Both the position numbers and the translations under genes were made by a program. Below, piece after piece: positions 1-11,100 of a DNA stretch of 46,042 bases. The notes beneath the pieces were generated by a model, which searched no databases, was not told the DNA's origin, and was given only the letters and a program-made list of their open reading frames with translations. The stretch is taken from the NCBI GenBank assembly GCA_000708835.1, contig DF237611.1, positions 1-46,042 on the forward strand, given 5' to 3'. Source of the stretch: Klebsormidium nitens. Lineage: Eukaryota; Plantae; Klebsormidiophyceae. Each line of letters starts with the position of its first letter. Position 1 is the stretch's first letter.

Positions 1-22
1 ATAGGGTTCTTACATTTGACTT
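1..22 (+). repeat. Left terminal inverted repeat (may include 2-3 bp of target site)
   Basis: Perfect 22/22 inverted match to 4321-4342; the core begins GGG, as in many PIF/Harbinger termini. Confidence 0.92.
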
Positions 23-30
23 ACTTCGGT

Positions 31-69
31 CTCGGGTCGGGCCGGCCCGACCCCGATCGGGCTCGGGCA
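31..69. repeat. Left subterminal GC-rich motif cluster (CTCGGG/CCCGA repeats)
   Basis: 31-44 CTCGGGTCGGGCCG recurs inverted at 4210-4223. 60-69 GGCTCGGGCA recurs directly at 4195-4204. Confidence 0.7.
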
Positions 70-1298
70 AATACCGTATCGCTTACACTGCGGTTTTGCA
101 GTGGGTACCCGAAGTCGCGGAAACGGTGGGAGGAAGTCTAAAGATTCCGAAACCTCGTCGGGACTTTAAACCTCGCGACTTTTTGCGCGCAGAACCGCAC
201 GCGGCCGAGCTAGTTGCGCCCGGCCGCCGGGCCCACTGGAGTAGGCAGTTGCTTGCTGCCTGTCGACTTTAGCTGAATATTGCCACTTCACGCTAATGAT
301 GCCAGATGTAATTCATGCACTTTTTCTGCAAGTTTCATGTGCGTCGTCACCCATGTCCTTCAGCAATTCTCGCGATGTGAAGGATTAGGATGTTGGCCTA
401 ATACTTTAGCCGCATGTTTTGCTCGTATCTTTATAGAATCATTATAGTCTTGCACCAGCACTACGTGTTGGCTCATATTAGTATTGTAGGGGCCATGCAC
501 CGAACCGAGATTGAGAGAATAGTACTAAGGGCTGCCATGTATCTAAGCAGCTTGTCGAATTGACAACCCCTTGACAATTACGCAGAGCGTATCGATCTGC
601 CAAGCAATAACCTTCTAGTATATTCTGTAGTCTAGTATACAACAGTGGCTCGTATACACTATTGAACCATTTAGGGCTGTGTGCCTACATTCGTACCATG
701 CCCCATGCTCAATGATCTTTAACAATTCAAGATACTATCTAAATCTCGAGCTCCAATTGCTGTTTTCAAGTCTCAATGAACCCGTTGTGTAAATGTTCAA
801 TCATACATTAGGCATGATACACCTCGAATGAAATCAAAAAGCGTGCGTACGTACCTATCCCAGTTGATTCCACACATGCATGAAGGCACGGCCGATTTTG
901 CAAGCAAGGAAGGCAAGAGTCGGATTGTTCACTTAAGTATGATAAGAGATTTCGATCATGAGCTCGTTAATGTTATTTCCACATCGTGCCGCCTCATAGA
1001 TGAAGGGCTTGACTAGAGACGCACCCCAATAGTAAGCCGAGGTCAAGAAAATCATAGAGTGACACGTGGCAGCTTCGTGATGAAAGACGTGGAACTTCGA
1101 AGAACCATTCAAAAGATTCTATTCGAAAGGCCAAGAACCAGTGTCCAGAACCTTCCATGAAAGCAAACGGACCTGGTTGGATATCCATTTGAGTACAGCC
1201 CGTTTTCAACATTGCAGAAGACACGGACTTCCAACAACACAAAGATAGACCAACCCTCATTTCTAAGCTCACTTCAAGCCGACAAAAGAACAAGCAAG

Positions 1299-2543
1299 AT
1301 GGACGCGGATCCAATCATGGACGAGATTCTTGACTTGTTTCATGCCGACACCTCGTCCTCCGGAGAAACCATTCTCCTGATCTTCGTTCTTATGACAGCC
1401 GCTGTAGCGAGCTTTCAGATCCTTGCACGAGCAAACAGGAGGGCAGCTCGAAGCTACTGGGTATTTCCCCGTCAGCAGACCACGTGGGAAGTTCTCCACA
1501 AACAGGTGTGGCTGCAACAGGATCCTGAAACGAGAGACAGGCTGTGGCGTAGGACGTACAGGATGTCCTACCCCGTGTTCCAGCAGCTTGTTGAGGACTT
1601 GTCGCCATTCATTCAAAAGGAGCGCTCGCGATTCAGAAAACCAGTCGATCCAGAAAGAGCTGTGGCATTCACGCTCTACCGCCTTGCACACGGGGATTCC
1701 CCTAGAGAAGTTGGTGAGAAGTTTGGGGTTGGAGAAGCCACAGTGATCCAATACTTCAAGACCATCACACAAGTCCTAGAGCATAATCTACGTCCTCAGT
1801 TCATTCAGATCCCAGAGGGCCCTCGTCTCCTAGCAATAATTCAGGGGTTTAAACAAGAGACTGGATTCGACAATATGGTTGGTGCTATAGATGGAAGTCA
1901 TATTAAGTTAGCTTCCAAACCCCCTGCCCGCTATACTCCTGCTGACTACTGGTGTCGGCATGACATCTACTCACTGCTCCTCCAAGGTGTGTGCACTGTG
2001 GACAACCTCTTCTGGGACGTCTGCTGCATTGCGCCTGGCGGAGTCCACGACGCAGCCCATCTCCGCAGCAGTGACCTGTACAAAATCATGAAAAGGCGAG
2101 GAGCTTTGCAAGCGCCGCATGTTGTTCTGGGCAACAGAACATTCACACCTTACATCGTCGGTGACTCGGCCTACCCAATGCTCCGCTGGTTACTTAAACC
2201 CTTCACAGCAAACCGCAATGGTTCGCCCCAGCAGAACGACTTCGATCGAGACATTAGGAAGGGAAGAGTCAAAATCGAGAACACGTTTGGACAATTGAAG
2301 GGCAGGTGGCAGATCTTGAGAAACCTAAACGTTGGGTTGGACTACGCAGTGCAAACCATCATAGCCTGTTGTGTCCTCCACAACTACTGCATCTTGAGAG
2401 GAGAACCGCTTGTCCCTACCGGAGAGCATTTAGAAAACTCCACCGCACCCACAGCAATCGAAGTGACAGAAACAGCAAGCAACGCAGAAGCAAAGAGCAT
2501 CCGCGATGCACTCTTTGAAGACTGGAAGCGACGCCAGATCTGA
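1299..2543 (+). CDS. Harbinger/PIF DDE transposase (HARBI1/ALP1-like, DDE_Tnp_4), 414 aa from the first ATG, intronless
   Basis: Motifs YRMSYPVF, VAFTLYRLAHG (HTH), GAIDGSHI, HDA, VGDSAYP, RVKIENTFGQLKGRWQIL and IIACCVLHNYC. No stop or frameshift. The ORF-track start at 1212 is a TTG next to an AG acceptor. Confidence 0.93.
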   Translation: MDADPIMDEILDLFHADTSSSGETILLIFVLMTAAVASFQILARANRRAARSYWVFPRQQTTWEVLHKQVWLQQDPETRDRLWRRTYRMSYPVFQQLVEDLSPFIQKERSRFRKPVDPERAVAFTLYRLAHGDSPREVGEKFGVGEATVIQYFKTITQVLEHNLRPQFIQIPEGPRLLAIIQGFKQETGFDNMVGAIDGSHIKLASKPPARYTPADYWCRHDIYSLLLQGVCTVDNLFWDVCCIAPGGVHDAAHLRSSDLYKIMKRRGALQAPHVVLGNRTFTPYIVGDSAYPMLRWLLKPFTANRNGSPQQNDFDRDIRKGRVKIENTFGQLKGRWQILRNLNVGLDYAVQTIIACCVLHNYCILRGEPLVPTGEHLENSTAPTAIEVTETASNAEAKSIRDALFEDWKRRQI

Positions 2544-2853
2544 TACCCAGATCTGATTGACAACAACAACCAAACCTGGATGTTTCTTTCGAAACATCCT
2601 CCAAATTCCACAAGAAGTTTATCAACCCATCAACTTGCCTCAATACTGCGGACTAAAGTTACTTCAAGTCAAAGAGATAGATCTGATGTGGACAACCTGA
2701 AACATTGAATCTAGTTTGTCTTTGTTTTCAAGATACTGCCCCACTCTCAACGGTTTGAAAACTCAACAACAAGCTGCAACATTTGATCCTGAACATATTG
2801 ATCATCGCGTCAATGTTGAAAACATGTAAGTTCCTACAGTGACGTACCTGTTG

Positions 2854-4088
2854 CTATGCACCACCGGGTCCCTGTGCACCACCCTCCTGTGTACCACCCT
2901 GGCCAGGACCTTGGTTTGGATTCTGCGCAGCGATGCGCGCAAAAAGGAGATCCAACCTCCTGTTCTCCAACTGGCTGCGCTGATCCCTGTCTGCTTTCAT
3001 GTCGTCCAGTCCAGCATGCCAACACACTCCTTCAGCCCCCCCATCAAAGCCTTCGCTGCAGCAGTGCCGGGGCTTGCCCCCGCTCGGTTGCCGGACGCCC
3101 TTGTGAACTGGCCCTTGACGCCGCTCTTTGAAACTTTGCGGGACTGCTTGTCCTCATCCCCTCCTCGCTCCTTTTTCACAGGGCCTGCACTTTCCCCCTC
3201 CTGCACGTCGCCCCCCATCTCAGTCTCCTTGCTCTTCTTGCCGGTGCTCAAACTGGCAGCTCTTTTCGCGCTCGCTGGCAGATCTGCTCCAGGAGTGCCA
3301 CCTTCTTCGGCTACCTGCGCAGGCTGGTCCTCACTGCGTCGGCGCTTCGCTGGCGGTTTTGCGTTGGTTCCTTGCAGATCTTGGGTCTCAACCTCCAGAT
3401 CTATGGTCTGCTTTGCGCTGGACTCGAGATCGATGGTGCCTTCTTTGCCTTGTGCCTCCCCAGTGAGGCTGCCTTTTGCCGCCTCCACTGGAACAGCCCT
3501 CTGACCCGTGAAAGCACCAGGAACCCCGGTCACTTTGCTGCTCGTTCCCAAGATGTCATTCATCGCGTGGAAGAAAGCCCATTTGGATGCAACGCCGCCC
3601 GTCGCCGTCTTCTTCTCCGCCTCCTTCTTGTGGTTTCTCTTGAGCAGCTCGATCCTGTCTTGCGCTTGCTGCAAACTGTAGATCTTGGCACCAGGGATGC
3701 TCAGCTGCACTTGCTTGTTCAACTCCTCCAACACTGCTTTCCAGTGGCGGGCCTTCAGGTTTACATGGTTGTGGGCAACGAAAATCTGCCCCCAAATCTC
3801 AATGAGCAACATGGTTTGGACATAAGGCCACAGATCCGAACTTCCTGCCAGACCTTTCTCTTCAGCTTCCTTTGCAAGTGAGACAATTTTCTCTCTTTGC
3901 TCCTCTGAGATCTCAACACGTCTGGGCGCTGCCCCCTCCATAACTTTGTCATCAGCAACTTGGCTGCCCTTTGCAGCCACAGCATTGCTGCTCTCTGCAA
4001 TGGTGGTTGCACCAACGTCTACGATGGGAGTTGCGGGATCGGCAGCCATGGGTATGGCAGCATCACCAGCCAGGCCAGCGCCCTCCAT
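2854..4088 (-). CDS. Harbinger ORF2, Myb/SANT-like (trihelix) DNA-binding protein. As read it stops at 2997; a 1-nt frameshift at ~3012-3014 hides a C-terminal tail ending at 2854.
   Basis: WPYVQTMLLIEIW...KARHWKAVLEEL...QAQDRIELLKRNHKKE...WAFFHAMNDILG matches the trihelix/Myb_DNA-bind_4 pattern. The shifted frame continues GLDDMKADRDQRSQLENRRLDLLFARIAAQ...GA*. Confidence 0.8.
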
Positions 4089-4320
4089 GGTGGATGGGTG
4101 CACCTACAGTAGATCTGTCGCACAACTAGCTTTGGAGTAAGTAGGCAGTGCGCTAACCAGGCCGCCGGCGTGCAAATCGATCAAACTTCCCGTAGGCTCG
4201 GGCAGTTTACGGCCCGACCCGAGGGGGATTGGGTTCTGGGCAGCCCGATCAAGATTTTTTACAGGCTGAGATCAGCCGAACCTCCGGCTGATGGGTCTCG
4301 GGCCGTTTTTCGATCGCAAA

Positions 4321-4342
4321 AAGTCAAATGTAAGAACCCTAT
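4321..4342 (-). repeat. Right terminal inverted repeat
   Basis: AAGTCAAATGTAAGAACCCTAT is the reverse complement of 1-22. Confidence 0.92.
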
Positions 4343-7300
4343 CAGCCTTGCAAGGCGCATCCTACCGGTTGGGCTCGACACCCTGTTGGTACGCACCGTC
4401 CAAGCACAGATACCAGCCAGAATTCGGACGACCGGACGGCTGCCGGACGCTTGCGAGCAGCTCGCGAGCTCTGTGTTCCCCGTCCGGCAGTTCTGAGCTT
4501 CAAGTTTCTTCAAGCTGAGAAGCAGTTCGAAGCCTGGAACTGCCGCGTCAATCCAGGATGTTATCGCCGGCCGCTGTGCGCCCTACATCCAGATTGCGTT
4601 CTGATCCTCGAACAGTCCCTTCCGACTTCCACGGACCTGAAGATTGCTTTTCCACGTTGCTGAGAGGTCCGAGAATCTGCGAATCTGAGCTGGAGGTCCT
4701 TGAGTGCTCCACTTTTCAAAACAAACTGGAGGCACAGAACGCGTCTCGCAAGATGCACCAATTTGACAAGTGACGTGGCTAGAAGATCCTCTGAAGCAAC
4801 CAGAAAAGAGAACTGAAAGTACAACAAAAAGGACAAAAGTTCAGCCGTTTGTGGCAGAGGATTTTGTTGCTCTCCCCCTCGCCAGCACGTGGAATCAGAA
4901 GTGAACGGTGCGGGCCACTTTTCTGCAGGCTGCAGACAGTTTCTTTTTCTGAGACCATGGGGGGTTTGTTCAAAGTGGCTTTGACAAGTAACTGTCTGAT
5001 TTTGGAACCCGCTTTGAAAGCTTCGTGAGTCAGCAAGATTTGGGGGCTCTCAACCAGCTCCTCAGGAACAGACATTGATGACATTGATGCGGTCATGCAA
5101 TAGGTAGCAACAAGGGCAAACGTTTGGGTGCAGGGGCCACATCAGGTAAAAGGCACTTGTCATCAGATGCTTCGTGGATTTGGAAGGAACGAACCCCCTG
5201 GCATGGAAACTGGAGAGCAATTTTCCAGCAGCATGTGTTGTCTCTGAAACTGAAAGCAAGGTTCAGTTCGCTTGTGCAATAGAAGTCTTAGATGCTGGCT
5301 TCCTAGATTGAAAGGCAAGAGGGAAGCAAGGGATTCTTTGCAGGAGCTTGGTCTTGGATGACAGGATGTTGTGTAGAGGATGTTGCTGGTTACCTGGAGG
5401 CGTTGGGGACTGGGGGGCTGAACCAGAGGGAAGGAGCACGGCTGTATTGCAAATGACAGGGTGTCAGCTGAACCTGCAAGCAGGGCAAATCGTTTAGGGG
5501 ACTTCAGCAAGGTAAGGATCTGGCTCTTTTGATTCGGAAAGTGCGGCAGGCGGCTTCTGTTCAAACGCATCGATGACTCTATTCTGAGTGGAGTCCCTCT
5601 GTCAGCTGAGTTGCTTCAGCAGGGGGTGCCTCTGCATTTCCTCTCCTAGGTCTTTGATACAGACACTCCTGTTCAATTTCCTGTTGGGTCTGGCTTGCTG
5701 AAGGTCAGTTGACCCTATTTTCAGTCCCTTTTGACATTGCTCTTTGATTCCTTAGCCTCGTATGATACAATGAGGCAAAGTAAACTAGTATCATGCTGCA
5801 GCCAGGACTGTTCCTGAGCAGGAGCGGAAGAGCTGGTGAAGAGCCTAGGCTTGTCTGCCTAGGCTTGCATTCAGGGGGAGTTTTGTTCCCAAATATCAGA
5901 GGATGCTTGTGAGCTATGACTATCGTATGTATCCTCTGCAGAAGCTGAAGAAGGTTGTTGGGGGGTGCTCTTGTGAAGCTAATTCACCCCCTTCCCTTTG
6001 GCCCCTGGGATCTGCATGCCTGTCTTTAACGACAGACCTTATGACTGTCATTCGAAGGTGGGATAAAGGCAGGGGAATTGAGCGGCAGTGCCTCGCCTGA
6101 AGCGTCTTTTCAATGAGAAGTCAGTAGACGCTGTTTGGGATGCTTGCACAATTGGACTTGAAAACAGACTGGCACATGTGCACCATAATCTGAAAGTTGA
6201 TAGATGGTACGAATTCAGGAGTTGACAGCGCTTGTGAGGCCCGTTGTGTTATCCTTTCCTTTGAGCTTGGCAGGATCTAGCTCGTCCAACAAGAAGGCCT
6301 TCAGTGCTCCCGTCACAGAGCTTGAGACGGAACATGCCGAGCTGACCATTCAATGACCCCAGAATGAGTCTGACACGCTTGAATTGGAGGCGGCTTCATA
6401 CCGTCAGTCGTTCATCCTAATGGTGGCATCATGTGCTGGTTCTAAGTTGTCTGGTCTTGACACAGAGCATGCTTTTGGGGCTGGTGGTATTGCTGGGGCT
6501 CTAGAAACAGTGCGTCTCCACTCAGCTTCCTTGCTCTGGTTATTTTGTTGGTAATTTGGGACCGGTGCCGTCCAAGTGGTCAAATTCAGATTAGCCAGGT
6601 TCAAGTTGTTCAGAAGATGGCTCCATATTTTCTTTTTCTAGTAGGCCTTGGCGCTATCCCTGAACCACTATGCACGAGATGAGCAGCTGGTTCTTCCTTG
6701 CACATTGGCAGGTTGCTGGGGCGTTTTTGAGCTGATTCACAGAATGTTGCCAAACTTCACTTCAGATTGACCTCTTTGGGAAAATGTCCTCTTTCATGGC
6801 TGAAAGCTTTGCAAGGGGGTCATGTGTGTTTGTCATTCTTGGGTCATCTTCGCATCTTAGCTTCTCGCTTTGGCTGCACAGAGTCTGCCTCTAGTTGCCC
6901 TGGTCAAGGCATCTGCAAGGCTATTGTTTCAACTTGCCCCCTCTGCTTTGTCAGGATGTTTTCCCAGACGCTTCTCAGATTGGTGTTACTTGTGGTCAAC
7001 CATCCTGACACCTGTAAAGTAGCTCTGTATTTGCGTTCTGTCGGCTTGGAGCGTGTCTTTGAACATAGCAGCTTGTTGTATTGTTCCTCATAAAGCCTTT
7101 TCCCATCTCATGTAAGTCTCCAAAGCAGTCGGTCGAATCAGCAGATAGATCGTTGTTATAAGACCGGAGGTTGTCAAGTTTGACTTTTGCATGGACATGT
7201 CTCAACTTGTGACATCAGCACTGAGCCCTTTCCTGGGTTACTCCTGTGTTTTTCTTGTTCTAAACAGCTACACCTTTGCTTTCTGTTTTTCCTTGGAGCT

Positions 7301-7980
7301 GTCTTCTTGATGTTCTGGTTGCTACTTAGCCCCTGTTGAAGACTTTAGACCGAGCTCTTTTGAGACCTTGGATCTGGTCTTTGCTGAGAGCTTTAACGTG
7401 TCCGATTTGGAGCCCCTCAGCAAAGTTTCTTTTGTTTTTATGTTTGTTTCCGCCGAGTGTCATTTTTGGGCAGTCGTTTGTTTGGAAGAACTCCAAAACA
7501 CTGGATCTCGTGACGCTCGTACGTTCCCAGAAGCGAATGCAATTTGGTTTTATATCATCGAAGTCTCAGTCTGCGTCCCTCACGTGTAGAGCTGCCATAG
7601 TCTGCATCTTGCAGCTAGATCCAACTCAACTCTTGTATTGTTTTATAACACATTTTAAGGATACAAGGGGCTGCAAGTATGATTTTATAGCGTGCTGAAA
7701 GGAGTTGTGTCGTGACAAACAGGACCTTGTTTGTAGATCTGCATCTGCCACTAGCCTGGCTAAGGAAGTGTTCTTCGTCATCAGTCACAGCTTGCTGACT
7801 TCGTGCAACTCTCCCTGCAGGATCTTCCTAGAGGATATAGCAAGCTTTCCCAAACTGAAAACGCTGCAGATTGAGGGGGTTTACCACCTCTCAACCGATC
7901 GACAACCCCTGGACCCTCCAGACTGTGCCGTGAGATCCCCACCCTGCCAAAAGGTTCTCCCCTGAACGGCCCCGTCTTTC
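4343..7980 (+). other. Unresolved degenerate segment; possible decayed LRR-like (RNI-like) coding remnants or far-upstream exons of the downstream zinc-finger gene
   Basis: Scattered + strand peptides resemble LRRs (SSFETLDLVFAESFNVSDLEPLSK ~7355-7426, LEDIASFPKLKTLQIEG ~7827-7877, ICKAIVSTCPL ~6910-6943). Exon-like GT-AG units occur at 5104-5145 and 5650-5703. No coherent stop-free model could be assembled. Confidence 0.2.
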
Positions 7981-8141
7981 AGACTAAAATAGGTGACAGG
8001 TTTGGTCTTGGCGGGTTTCAAAGGCGGGACAGCAACAGAGCGGATCTCACAAACGATCAAGGGGGGCCCAGAAGACAGCGGACTGGGGCCCGTTCCAACA
8101 TTTTCTTCCCCCTGCCGGGGGGACCGCACTCGGTCCATTCG

Positions 8142-11100
8142 ATGAGATTTGGCCACAATGAGCAGGGACCGGAAACGTCATCCAACGCTCAGGGGGGGGA
8201 GCCAAGCGACGGGGGTATTGGGGGCCGGCCTCACGAGGGGCGGTTCCGGCCACAGGTGTTACCAGCGGGGGGTCCGAGTGAGGACGAGAAATTGCGGCGG
8301 ACAGGGGGGTTGCTGACGGGGCAGGTCAGCCTAGGAAGCCTCCGGCGGTTCCACGAGGTCCAGCCCCCCCGCGACCGGAGTCGAGATGAGAGGTTCCAGG
8401 GAGGGGGGCAAGGACGAAGCAGGGACGGAGGGGGGGGAGAGAGGACCAGGGATGGCGGGGTGCAGGAAGAAGGGGCACGAAATAGAGATGAGGGCTTTCC
8501 AGAAGGGGGCCAGGGCAGGAACAGAGAGGAAGAGTTGCTGAAAGGGGGCCAAGTAAGAGGCAGGCCAGAGGGGGCGGATGTGGAGATGCATGAAGGAGGG
8601 GGTTCAGGAGGTGGGGCTGGAGGGGGGGCTCGATGGGGGGCGCGGTTGCCACCCGCTGAGGGGCACAAACGGGACAGACAAGGGATCCCCCTGAACCTGG
8701 AAGAGAGGCCCGAGGAGCCGCAAGAGGATGGCGAGGGGGACGAAGGGGCGCGGTCGCAGCACAGTGGCTCATCAGGTGAGCGCTTTGACGAGACAGGACC
8801 TTCTCAGCAAGTTTCTTTGAGGCTTCGAAGAGCTTAGTGAAAGCGGTTTGGCAACGGTTGGTTATAAGTTTTCTGGATGTTCTTCTGGGTCAGCTTCAAG
8901 CGTGTTCTGAGGCTCAGTCAAAGAGAGTGGTTGGCCTGCTTAGACCAAAGCATTTATTTCGCCCTTGGCGCGTGGAATGGTCGAAGGTCCTGGTTGTCTG
9001 CACCGATTTCGGGCATCACTTTTAGTGCTCAGACAATCCTGAAACCTTTTTCCTCTTGAGCTTCCCTGTGGCAACTGTATTTAGATGTAATACCAGTTCT
9101 GATTCGTGCTTTCAATCTGGCAGGTGCGGATCTGTCGCGGGAGTCGACTTCAAAAGGAGGAGCGCCGGGGCGGGAGAAACCCCTCCAATCAGGCACAAAC
9201 AGCGAAGAGACGTCAGGTACGTATCTACTCAGGTCATCTCTCCCTGGTTTCGCTCCTTTGTATATTCGCGCCTGGCAGAGGCCGCGGCTCCTTGCCAGGC
9301 GGATTCTGAAGCAGTACTAGTAGCGGGCTGAACATTTTGGGCAGGTCTTTAGCCGAGTCGGAAGTGCACTTTGAAGACTTGGAGAATTGGACTGACATTA
9401 TCAGCACCATCAGGTAGCCCGTCCATGCATGCACACTTCTCCAGCTTTCAAGGTGTTCCTGATCAGTTCTATAGCCTTTTTCCTCGATATTTGTCTACTC
9501 TTGTCGACTTGTCTACTTCTCTTTACCTGGCTCTTGCTCTTGCTCAATCTGTCGTCGTATCATTTCCATATTCGTCACACCGTCTTCCGTTCTTTCCCCC
9601 CGTTCACCGGTACCTTTTTCTGACTCAAGAGACTTTCTGAGGGCCGGCTGGTCTGCTCCCTTTTCCAGCGAGAACGATCTCGGGTTTTGAAATTGCTTCG
9701 TTTTGAAAAGCTTCTGAATGTTGTGTCTAAGTGTCTCTCCGCGCAAGTCCGCCCACACGGGCTGCTTGAGTAAACCTGGCTAGTCACTTTGAGCTGGCAT
9801 TGGTTGATACTCGGCTCGCTCAATCTCTCAAATTGAACCCGGCGGATTTGTATGCATAATTATCTGTTTCTCCTTGCCGGGAAAAGGCCGTAAATCTTGC
9901 GTCTTGTTACATGCAAGCTATTCGCATGCCGAAGTTGACTCGATGATTTGCTTTGCTCGTCGACTTGCTCATATTCCTGATAATCGTGAAAAAATTTAGT
10001 GTCGATCTGGTGTAATCATTTCCGTTCATGAGGTTATGTCGCTTTTCTCTCTCAAGTGTTGCGCAAATCTGGAGACACGTTTTGCGATTGTGAACGCGAA
10101 ATGTCCGGACCTGACAACAAGAAAAGCCTCTGAATTCTTCCCTATCTTCTCACAGTCGGCGGACGTAACTTCGAGTGCACTTTCTGCCAACGGCGCTTCT
10201 CCAGCAGTCAGGCTCTTGGCGGTCACCAGAACGCGCACAAGCGCGAGCGCATCCAGGCGAAGCGCCACCAAACCCTTGCGTCGCGCCAGTCTGCCCTGGC
10301 CGCCCAACAACACTTCCCCGCCGACCGCCGCCCGCGGTTAGCCACCAACCCGGCCCCGAACCCTTACCCTCAACCCGACTCCAACTTCCCCTTCCCGGCG
10401 GGCGCCGAAACGCTCCAGCCGCAAATACCGCTACCATTACCGATGCCGTTCAACCCGTTTGCGCGGCCTCCTTGGAACCCATACCAGGCGTTCGAAAATC
10501 TGCAGAAGCCTAACCCCCTCCAGATGCCCGGTGCGCGGCCGCCGGGCATGCCCCCCTGGCCGTTTATGGGTCAGCCCCCGCCGGGTTACTTTAACCAGGT
10601 GGGCAGCGCCGAGGCCGCAGCAGTGGCTGCTGCCTCCGCCGCCGTTGCACTCTTCAACTACAACCAGCAGGCGGGCCTTAACCCGCAGTTCAGCCCGCCC
10701 TTTAACCCGGAGGGTTATCCCAGCCCGGGGAGAATGAACCCAGGGGCCGCGTTGCAAACCACCCCCGAAATGGTCGCGGCGTACCAACGCCGGGGGGACG
10801 AAGCGAGAAACGGAGACGACACTGCCGCGCCCCAGTCTTTCGGAGGCGCTTCGAATATGGGCGCTCGGTCGATGCCAATCGCGCCTCCCGGGGGGCCCCC
10901 CAATCCGCTCCGGGGGGATCCCCCGAGGCAGCCCCAGGCTCGACCACCAGGGCTCGAAGCGCCCGGGTTTAACCCCCTGGTTAACGTCAACCAGGGTGCC
11001 GTTCCGTGGTTTGGCCCGCTTGGGGGAGGGGCAGGGGACTCTCTGGGGCCGCACGGCTCTCGCCCCGGGGGGGTGCAGCAGCAGCCCGTTGGCCCCCCCC

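Larger units (their letters stand above)
1..4342 (+). mobile_element. PIF/Harbinger-superfamily DNA transposon, full length, two convergent ORFs
   Basis: Bases 1-22 (ATAGGGTTCTTACATTTGACTT) are the exact reverse complement of 4321-4342. Between them lie a DDE_Tnp_4-type transposase (+) and a Myb/SANT-trihelix ORF (-), the standard Harbinger gene pair. Confidence 0.93.

Noticed and set aside
2839-3881. Plus-strand ORFs of 221 and 169 aa inside the transposon
   Set aside because: Antisense shadows of the GC-rich ORF2.
4490-4742. KLEAQN peptide appearing on opposite strands (~4490-4511 and ~4720-4741)
   Set aside because: Similarity covers only ~20 nt and does not extend; probably chance.
4500-7900. 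Minus-strand peptides loosely resembling a LINE ORF2 (ANVQG, LILGSLNGQLG, GFVPSKSTKHL, LVASEDLLATS) at roughly plausible spacing
   Set aside because: The catalytic residues (GDFN, SDH, YADD) are all absent, the pieces lie in different stop-ridden frames, and the + strand offers an equally good reading. Not supportable without a profile search.
9250-9760. Minus-strand LINE-ORF1-like strings (GLPDG...RLG...PLLV)
   Set aside because: They fall within intron 2 of the zinc-finger gene model and are interrupted by stops; likely compositional coincidence.
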